64,000 bases of DNA from Botryllus schlosseri. Taxonomy: Eukaryota. This document shows, one piece after another, positions 54,744 through 64,000 of this stretch (the first letter of the stretch is position 1; the number at the start of each line of letters is the position of its first letter). The notes beneath the pieces are model-generated. The model had not been told where the DNA came from. It made no database searches and worked only from the letters and a program-made list of their open reading frames with translations. The translations under genes were made by a program, and so were the position numbers. The stretch covers positions 28,026,001 to 28,090,000 of the forward strand of contig CM119371.1 of the NCBI GenBank assembly GCA_051294905.1, written 5' to 3'.

Positions 54744-54816
54744 GTCGACCTCGGTTGGACTCGAACCCGCACCCATTGGTGTTGCAGCCACGGATTAACG
54801 ACCGCGCTATCTCGCC
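54744..54816 (-). mobile_element. tRNA(Cys)-like SINE head
   Basis: A-box-like TAGCGCGGTCG, loop CTGCAAC and B box GGTTCGAGTCC; the acceptor stem does not close. Confidence 0.6.
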
Positions 54817-55515
54817 GCGTTATGAGCAGGGTCTAAATCAGGCCAACCTTTTCGGTCAATGGGCGACAGGACGGGCGTATTTATAATGTTCATGAAGGGT
54901 TATCAATATTAAAAGCAAGAATTGGAGTGAAATCGCGCGAAAGGAGGCTAAGATAATCAAGTCAAATAAATCTGCCACGAAATATTCTACTTAATCGTCA
55001 TACACAGAGATGTACGAAAATTGTGGCTGCCTCCTGGCCACGACAATGCGTCGGTACTGATAATTTAGTCATCAACATTCCAAATTTCGAGGTGAGTCTA
55101 ATCAAATTATTGGTTGGCCTTGCAAGTTCGCAATAAATTACCCCGGAAATATATGTTTATAATATACCTTATTTCGGGAATTACCTTGCTGGGCACTCAA
55201 AACCTTCTAGCGGGCCATCGCGGCTTATTCTGCATATGATGCAAAAGTTGACTAAACAAAGAGTCCAACTCTATGGACAGTAAACGCGGGAACCTGATTT
55301 CCGAGCTCATACTCGCAAAATTGATTTTTTTTATAGTCAATTGATCAGCGATGAGAGCATGAATATCTAGAATATCTAGATATCCCTGGAGGAGAGTTGG
55401 GTGAATAAATTTTCCGTTTAGCCTATATGTCCTCTTTTTTCGGATCCATAAATATGGGGACGAAATTTGGGTCGATCGGGATAAGGGGGCGATGATCCGA
55501 AAAAAGGTTGGGACC

Positions 55516-56389
55516 TAGGGATGGTGCGAACCTCTGAAAGGTTCAGGTTCGTGTGAACGCGAACCTTTTTAAAAGGTTCTGTGTGAACGCGAACGTGAAC
55601 CTCATGACGTCACGTGACGTCATATTGCTATTTCCAACCCTACATTTCAGTGAAGTAATATATATTAATGTACACGATACCTAGCTAAAACTCGGGCCAC
55701 ATAATGCCACGATTCGGAAGTACATACTGACTTTTTAAACGTTGCCAAATGTATCAACTGGGCAATCAAATGATATAATAATCCCATAAAATCAATATCG
55801 CTTTGCCACCAATTTCGACGATGACTTGCAGGGGAATAGAAGCTTACGCCTTTACGGTCTAGGCCTGACCGAGCAATGTATTCAGCGTACGAGTGTTGGT
55901 ACGTTGATGTTGAGCAGAGTGTAAAACCACATTAGCAAGTTATACAGCAATAGCCAACGCCACAATCGCACAGATTTGGTATCACTCTCATTGATTGGTT
56001 GAAATAGCATCATTCGATGACCTACATGTAGCGTATTTCGCTCTTGATATTGCGTGATTTTTGGTCAAGCTCACAGCTGAGAGTCATTAAATATTCACAA
56101 ATGGAAAGCAGGCAGACTTTTGTACCAAAGCAGGTAAAATTATTGAGATTGCCAAGGAGCATGCTCGTGTAGTGTTGACTTTTATGCCGCCAGCGACATG
56201 CGTAGAGTGGTCCGCAGTTGAAATGCAATAAATTTCAACCAAATATGTTATGATTAAGTGAAAATTGTAATATATGAAAAGGGTTCACAGCGCAGAACCT
56301 ACTAAGGTTCGTTTGTGAACGTGAACCTCTAAATTTTTGAGGTTCACACACAGAACGCGAACGTGAACCTCACGTTCACACCATCCCTA
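55516..56389. mobile_element. hAT MITE (gtgaac repeats) inserted into the TIR of another MITE
   Basis: tagggatggtg / caccatcccta termini; TSD ttgggacc/ttgggaac. Confidence 0.88.
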
Positions 56390-57279
56390 TTGGGAACCAC
56401 TAGTCTAGTCATATCTCATACCGTAATCTGTAATTGTAATCGATTTCATTAAAGCAGTAATTGCCCATTGTCTGGAACACAGCACTCGGTTGTCCGATGT
56501 CATTCCGGCAAGAGAACTGGGCGCACACAAGCATCATGTTCGTCGTTCATATTGAAGAAAAAATTCGTGCAATAGGCATTGAAATAAATATTGATACATG
56601 CGGGTTCACGTTAGCGTCGCGACTGACGCCAACTCTGAGCCACAAGCCACAAACCCCGGGACAAGTATTCGCGACGGTAAGATATTGATAGTGCCGTAAT
56701 GGGACATTCGTCGTTGTGAGTTGAAAAGTTACATAGTCGACGAACATAAAATCGCAATTCCGATTGACGAGTCAAAGAAAGCTCACATGACACCAGGCAT
56801 ATAGCCGCACGTTAGCTGTTGCATGGTTAACGCAGAGTAACCTACACATGAAAAAAACATCGTATTCATTGTTTTCTTTACACTTATAAGTAAATGCGAG
56901 CAGTTTATACTAAATAATTACTGCCCAATGCATGCGGACATTGCGGCAATGAGCCGCATGAAACTCGCGGACTTGCACTTCCTGAAGCATAGCTTGGATG
57001 ACAAAAAGTAAAATCTACTAGAAACACGAAGCATCATGTCATGAAGAAAACATCGCTAAATCTCTTAAGAAAATGCTCAAGGACTATCAGCGATTGTGCG
57101 CGTGGAATTTCATTGCTTTTGAAAATATCATGAAATTCCTAATATACATTTCAAAAGAAAATCTATCAAAACGTCGCAAACACAGTCTTCCTCCTCGATT
57201 TCAGTATAGTCTGAATTAGATCAATTCCATTTCCCGGTCCTCTAGACGAGTTTACAAAAGTTGCGCGGATAGTCCAAGT

Positions 57280-57987
57280 CAGTGGTGTCAAACATACGGC
57301 CCGCGGGACGCATCTGTCCAACCAGGTGATTTCATCCGACCCGCGAAGCCATTCTTATTAAATTGAAAATGCGTGTATTATCCAGAACATTTCTAACAAA
57401 TGTTGAGATTTCTAGTAAGAAGTAGCGTACTTCCACTAAATAGCACATGTCGAGAATGTTTGTATACCACATTATAACCACCCGACTGCTCTTTTTTGCT
57501 CTGTTTCTAGTCACCATCAGGAGAAGGTCGCTGACATTGACCCCCAATTCCGACGAGGCAAGAAAGTATGAGTTCATTCCACTGCCAAAAAAACTAGGTA
57601 TCCAAAAAAGGTCTCCAGCCTCGAGAGAAACCCGAATTGCGATATAATAATATGAAGCAAATTCCAACGTCCGCGTTTACAGGTAAATCTTTTGCGTTCC
57701 TAGCAACGTATACGCAAGGTCGATGTCAATATATCACTAAAACGAAGGGGGCATAGACGACTTATATATTCGTCAGTCACGGTTTTATCGTCAATTTTAC
57801 CGTTTGCTCATAAAAGGTGTAGCTAGAATAGAACCCTTATGATTCATGTAATATACTATTGTGTACGCTGGTTAATGACGTATTCAAATGGAAAATAAGA
57901 TCATGGATTGAGGAATTTTGGAGCGGCCCGCGAGCGATCTGAAGTGTTGAATCCGACCGGCGACGTCAGTTGAGTTTGACACCCCTG
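57280..57987. mobile_element. hAT/Charlie-type MITE in the 3' flank of the zinc-finger gene
   Basis: cagtggtgtcaaac / gtttgacacccctg termini; degenerate TSD gtccaagt/gtctaatt. Confidence 0.8.
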
Positions 57988-58241
57988 GTCTAATTACATA
58001 CTCTTGAATCGCCCTGCTGCATTATAACAATGTTTATTGATCTCTTTTGTATTCGATGCTGCGACTGACGTCAATACCGCAGCAGGAAAATTCAATGTTA
58101 CCAAGATATCATATTATATGTCATGATATCACTTCTACTTATCAAAACGTATCCACGGACGTAGCAGAGGAACTTCTGGTTGCGACAACAATTTCTACTA
58201 CAGCGATCCGTCTTAGATTTGTCCCACGTATCGTAGCATCC

Positions 58242-59624
58242 TTACTTTCCGTCGCTTCCGTGGATTCGTAAGTGACGCACAAGAGAACTCTTTACACCGA
58301 ATGTTCTTCCGCATATATCGCACTCATGCTCATTTACTCCCGAGTGAATCTTGCTGTGGATTCTCAAGTAGGATTTGACATTGAATATTTCCCCGCATAT
58401 TTCACACGGATATTTCGTTTCGCCGTGGACGAAATAGTGATGTCTAAGGTTAGACCTATGTCGAAAGACTTTACCGCATGTATCGCAATCATACCCTTTC
58501 GCATTTAAATGCGCCGACTCCGTGTGTGTCTGAGTGTTATACTTCGAACTAAATGCTTTACCGCAAATCTCACATTGAAACTCTTTAAATCCAGCATGGT
58601 ACTTCATGTGCGCTCTTAATTGAGATTCGTTGGCGAATCTTTTCGCACATACATCGCACACAAACTCTTTCAATCCGACGTGAATGTTCATGTGTCTTTG
58701 CATATTGGATTTGCGATCGAATCGTTTCCCACATACCTCGCATTGATATTTTATGTCCATGTGGGCGGCATTATGATATCTTAGATGATTCTCATGCAAA
58801 AACGCTTTCCCGCATACATCGCACTCATATTTTTTCATATTCAAGTGTATCGCCTTCACGTGACCCTTAAGGTTCGATTTCCAACGAAATGTTTGCCCAC
58901 AAATCTCGCACTTATGTCTCTTATCTCCGACGTGAATCAAATAATGACTTTCCAGGTGAGATCCGGTTTTGAATCCTTTTGCGCATATTCGGCACTCGTA
59001 ATCTTTTGCTGCAGTATGAACCGAAAAATGACTTTTCAGGTCACATTTTTTCCGGAAATCTTCGCCGCATACCTGACACACGTAATCTTTAGTCTTAGTG
59101 TGAATCAAGTAATGATTGTCCAGTCTACATTTCTGTCCGAAACTTTTGCCGCATATATGGCACTCGTAATCTTTCGCCTTGGTATGAATCAAGTGATGTC
59201 TTTTCAGATTACATTTCTCTTCGAAGCCTTCGTCGCATATACGACACTTGTAATCTTTCGCTCCAGTATGACTCAAATAATGTGTTTTCAAATGACCCTT
59301 TCTAGCGAAACTTTTCCCGCAAATTTCGCACTCACACTCTTTCACCCCAGCGTGAATTTTCATGTGATTTCTCAAGTTTGATTTGAAATTGAATGATCTC
59401 CCGCATATGTCGCAATTATGATCTTCCTTTTTCGCGTGAGACGCGAGATGATGTATTAGGTAAGGCCTTTGCACGAAGTTTTTTCCACATATGTCGCACT
59501 CAAACTCCTTCGAAGGGGCGTGAATTTTCATGTGCCTTGTCAGATAAGATTTGATGATGAATCTCATTCCACATACCTCGCAAATATTATCACTGCAGGC
59601 GATACGATGCTGGGATTGGGCCAT
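58242..59624 (-). CDS. C2H2 zinc-finger protein, 16 fingers, 460 aa, single coding exon
   Basis: Intact ORF colinear with the 15331 paralog and sharing its 3' flank. Confidence 0.93.
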   Translation of the reverse strand: MAQSQHRIACSDNICEVCGMRFIIKSYLTRHMKIHAPSKEFECDICGKNFVQRPYLIHHLASHAKKEDHNCDICGRSFNFKSNLRNHMKIHAGVKECECEICGKSFARKGHLKTHYLSHTGAKDYKCRICDEGFEEKCNLKRHHLIHTKAKDYECHICGKSFGQKCRLDNHYLIHTKTKDYVCQVCGEDFRKKCDLKSHFSVHTAAKDYECRICAKGFKTGSHLESHYLIHVGDKRHKCEICGQTFRWKSNLKGHVKAIHLNMKKYECDVCGKAFLHENHLRYHNAAHMDIKYQCEVCGKRFDRKSNMQRHMNIHVGLKEFVCDVCAKRFANESQLRAHMKYHAGFKEFQCEICGKAFSSKYNTQTHTESAHLNAKGYDCDTCGKVFRHRSNLRHHYFVHGETKYPCEICGEIFNVKSYLRIHSKIHSGVNEHECDICGRTFGVKSSLVRHLRIHGSDGK

Positions 59625-61315
59625 TTCTAGCTTTGCGAGTACACTTTGCGACTTTAGCTGCGATGAGAATACAATTCGATCTATCGATCTTTCATCAAAT
59701 ATCGTGAGAAAGTTAGTTTATTGCTGCGTTCTAAAATTTTCAAAAGATTACACCATGAAAAGATATGCTTTTTTCGAATCACAAAAGTTCATTATTCGTT
59801 ATAACATACCTAGAGGTAGGGAGAGTAGTTATTGCTATTACTCAACTAGAAGTAGAACTACAATACCGTCCAATTCTGATTAATTACAACCGGAAGTACC
59901 GCGATTTTCAGAGCTTTTCAACACTACCTGTGGTAGAAGTCGAAAATAGTGGTAGGAGAAGAACTATGGATTAACATTCTCGGTTTAAAGGTAAATATGG
60001 CTCCTTCGACGAGAGGGCTTCCGACTACCGTCTTAACAGACCAAAAATATCTTCAACCGTGGCCGGAATACACTGTTATGCAGCATTTTTACGGTCCGCA
60101 GTCATCATCATCAGAACATCCATTCCGTACCAATGATCTACATCTAGCCTACTTGCTATAATAGTCGAACCGACGACAATTTCGCGGGTTCCAGCCGCTC
60201 CACATCGTATACGTCGACTCTATTCGGTTTGAATCGTCCGTATAGGCAAGTGGTTCTTAACCTTTTTTTCCTCCAGCGCCCCCTTTCGAAAATTATCGTG
60301 CTCTAGCGCCCCCCAACCCCATATTGTCCTCCTTTTTTAGGTTTTTGAAAATGTCATTCGGGGAGCCTAAACGTCTTGCTTTATGGCAATTCGTCCACCT
60401 TGACAGCTTTTAGAGCAAAGATGGTGGATAGTTTCGAGTGATAATGGGCATAAATGATGCTAAACAGGAAATCGTGGTTCTAACGTAAGCCACGACTTTG
60501 TTTAGTCAACCAACGGAAAATCTAGAAGAAAACTGTATTTCGGGAGTAGAGCCTGAAAGTTGTCCCTTATTTTAGTCAACCAACCGCAATTTTGTGGTAA
60601 ATTTACCATTTGTTCCGGATTTTACTCACGTATTGTAAGTCTGAATATTTTGAACCAATGTCCTCCTTTCCCGATTCCAAAATATGGTAACCCTACGTAA
60701 CAGCACTTCGTCAGTCCCCCTAAAAACGATTGTCTTGAGCACCCATAGCGTGATAAACCAAACTTCTGGGGGCTTCGCCCCAAAGAACCCCGTCGCGTGA
60801 TTTTGATGGTCAGCAAAGTTTGTGTGGCCTTGTCGCCCTAGGCGTCACAATTTTCTATAATATGCATGAATGAATAGGTGGTGATTGCATATATATGTAT
60901 TATCCTCTCAGCCCACGTAATCGTGAGCTGCTGTCTCGGAAAATGAGGGTCACGTAATTTATAATTAAACATATTCGGGCGTGCCCGTTGGTACAATTAC
61001 TTCATTACATGTTGTTATTTTGTTACCTCTTGTCCGCTATATAGTCAAAAGATATTGAAACGCATTAACGTATTAAGCTTAAATAAGCACATGATTCAAA
61101 ATTGGTATTTCTTCACTGGCAAATAATTTTCTGGGATGGATGTTATTTGTCCTGTGGGGTGCAGATTGTGACGACATGATAATTCGGCACGGGCGATTTA
61201 AGCACCAATGGACAATTAGGCTTAAATACATCGGAGTTTACGTTCAACATAAGGGCAATCCTCTTCGGCTAAGGTTTTCTCGATGGCTATGCGGTTCGAA
61301 ATCGGAACTGAAGAC

Positions 61316-62231
61316 CAGTGTTGGGATCAAGTCACTACCTTCGAGTCACGAGTCATCTCGAGTCATTGCAGATTTTGACTCGAGTCAAGTCAAGTCAATC
61401 GATTTTCAAAGGTGACTCGAGTCAAATCAAGTCACTCGTTTTTTGGAGGTGACTCGAGTCAAGTCGAGTCAGGTCAAGTCAAGTCACGAGTCAAATTGAA
61501 TTTTCGAAGTGTGAGTGATGATTCACAGTCATTACATTTTACTAGCTGTGTGAAAGACGGATTAATTAATCATTTATCTAAATCAAATAACGAATATCTA
61601 GTTAAATATACGTGCACGCGTTGAACTGCTAATAAAGTACGTGAGTAACTGTACAGCTACAGTCATTTCTTAACAGCCAAATTATAAGACCTAATACGAA
61701 GCTTCGAGAAGTTGAAACAAATTGATATGGTGCAATAGCCTACACTTCCCATCTACACATCCGTGAGAATATAAACGCACACAATATATTCGTTCGATTT
61801 AAATCACACAAGAGAATTGGTAAATGTGAGCACTCGGCAACGTAAGCATTGAGCCGTCTAAGAAACAGAGACACATTGCCATTTAGATTAATTTTCTATT
61901 TTGCGGTCAGTTCGTTTGTTATCTAACAATGGAGGAACCTTGTAACGTGCAATCAGTGAATGAGTGGTTGTTCTCACAAGTGACACCTGCGTATCTCGAA
62001 CAATCCGAATATACACAACACACATTGATTTATTCGACACCGCTTACTTAATGACTTGAAATTGACTCGTAAATTTTGCTCCGAGTCACGAGTCAATGTA
62101 CATTTTTGGAGCTCCGAGTCAAGTCAAGTCAAGTCATTTTTCCAAAGTGACTCGAGTCAAGTCAAGTCATACGAAAAAGTTGACTCGAGTCTGACTCGAG
62201 TCAAGTCATGACTCGAGTCATCCCAACACTG
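61316..62231. mobile_element. hAT MITE (CAGTGTTGGGAT / GACTCGAGTC family)
   Basis: TIRs as at 49269; perfect TSD ctgaagac. Partial family copies at about 43290-43657 and 63250-63637. Confidence 0.92.
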
Positions 62232-62699
62232 CTGAAGACTGAACGATATTATGGCGCTTACTTTCCTAATGCGAAGCCGCGAGACTATATGAACTAGTCT
62301 CTGAAAGGAACACCAGATGTCATAATGATTAGTAGGGCGATTTTTTTACCTAAAAACAGAAGATTTTGACCTAAAAAAAACATTGACATTTTCTGATCTG
62401 AAAAAACTTAATTTTGACCAAATTTTGACCTCACGTATGCAAATTAGATGTTTTCGCACAGGATTTTAAAATTGTACCCCTTACCCTCATTTCTGGATGG
62501 AACTATCTGTCCTTCCGAAGTAGATTGGCCTGAAATAATGTTATTGACTTGAAAACTGACAAAAATTTTACATGAAAAAACTTGTATTTCAACTAAATCT
62601 GACTCTATGAAGAATTCCAGTAATTACATCACGTATTATGGTATGAAAAATTTAAATTTATTTATTCAACGAAAGATACGTTCCTACTTCCTCGGGTAG

Positions 62700-62900
62700 A
62701 AAGTGTATTTCCTTGCTAAATAGCTCGCCAATAATGGAGAAAGAACGTTCAACTGCAGCAGTTGTTTGCTGATAACACTGGAGTTTTGCGTACACTGCTG
62801 CTGAAAAACCGTGTTATTGCTTCATTCTTACAATGCTGTCTACATCACAATTTTTCATCATGGGCTTCTTGATGTAAGAATCATGAAATGGTTAAGCAGT
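62700..62900 (-). mobile_element. hAT transposase C-terminal relic
   Basis: The minus strand reads TTAAVERSFSII, the hAT dimerisation-domain motif; a TAGGG terminus lies near 62333. Confidence 0.55.
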
Positions 62901-64000
62901 CCTGCTTCAATTAGGATATTGTGTACTTCGAGCATAACACCATGTCAACCTATTTGTTTCATTTGACCGTTTATGATTCTCAGTGAACAGACAATGGGCC
63001 GTCTACAACGGTAGGCCCATAAAGTAGGCTTCACGCTGTATCGCCAACACATACTTAGCGCTGCTAAACTATGCAAAAGTAACTGCCTCTGTCGATATTT
63101 ACCAGACAAAATAGAGAATGGAATGCGAAAACTCAGAAAGCTGAAACGAATTAATTTGATGCAGTACATACTCCGACTCCCCTTCACATCTATGAGATGC
63201 AATTCAAGCCTGCGTCAATGGTTGGCGAGTAACATGAACTTATAAACTCTATACAAATTCGATATAAATCATGCAAGAGGTTTGGTTGAGGTGAGCACTG
63301 ACCACAATGAGCAATCTATAGAACAGAGATAGATACTTTGCTATCGGATCATCTTCTTACTATTTTACGGCAATGTAAGCATTAGCTTCGATCATTTCGT
63401 TTGCGGCTCAGTATAACGCACAACCATTGATTGGCGCTCTCACCCGTCCCACCAAGTTATCGTGAACAATCCGCACATGTGCAAGATACGGTGATCTTGA
63501 TCGACACCAATTACTCGACGACTTGATATTGACTAGTAAATTTAGTTTCGAGTCACGATTCAATCCACATTTCTGAAAGGCCAAGTCAAGTCAAGTCAAG
63601 TCATGCGAAAAAGGTTACTCTAGTCATGTCAACACTGATGTCATAGCAGTGTTTTAAAACCCCAGAGTGAAGGTGAGCCGAGCCAAAAGATCAAGTTACG
63701 CGCGCATGAAAATGAGAGACCGATGGTGAAAGAGCTCGAGCGCGGAAGTCGTCCGTAATATTACAAAGACCAATAAAGACCCTTGTAATAACTGAAGTTA
63801 CTGTCGTCTTTCAAATGACCTTATAGGCGATGAGCGCCACTGTTATACGTGCGAATTAAACATATACTAAATATTAAGGTAGGGTTACCATAATTTGGAA
63901 ATCTGAAAAGTGGACACTTTTTCAAAATTTTCAGACTTGCAATACCGGAGGAAAATCCTGAATAAGCGGTAAATTTTTCCAACCTCATGGTCGGTTGACT

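Noticed and set aside
54744..54816. Functional tRNA-Cys
   Set aside because: The acceptor and anticodon stems do not pair properly and a diverged second copy exists; a SINE head fits better.
58272..59381. Long antisense ORFs over zinc-finger genes (also 15559-16014 and 53195-54004)
   Set aside because: These are shadow frames produced by repetitive finger codons.

Overview
Eukaryotic (animal, most likely invertebrate) genomic DNA; AT-rich and dense in transposons. Four main parts. (1) A near-perfect palindrome of at least 9.2 kb (positions i and 9220-i pair). It folds around a 33-bp G-rich, telomere-like spacer and carries two convergent copies of a two-exon Bcl-2-family gene, truncated copies of that gene's 5' end, and satellite arrays. 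(2) A cluster of paralogous single-exon, finger-only C2H2 zinc-finger genes: two intact, one with a single nonsense codon, one frameshifted, plus a fragment. (3) A six-exon secreted tandem C-type-lectin/mucin gene on the minus strand that the ORF track misses. Two transposons sit in its second intron and its third exon looks decayed. (4) Deeply nested mobile elements: hAT MITEs with 8-bp TSDs, a 9-bp-TSD element carrying a TTAGGG/TTAGG array, an ISL2EU/Harbinger-type relic, Penelope-like relics with four minimal hammerhead-ribozyme motifs, and tRNA-derived SINE heads. All calls were made by eye; no database searches were run.
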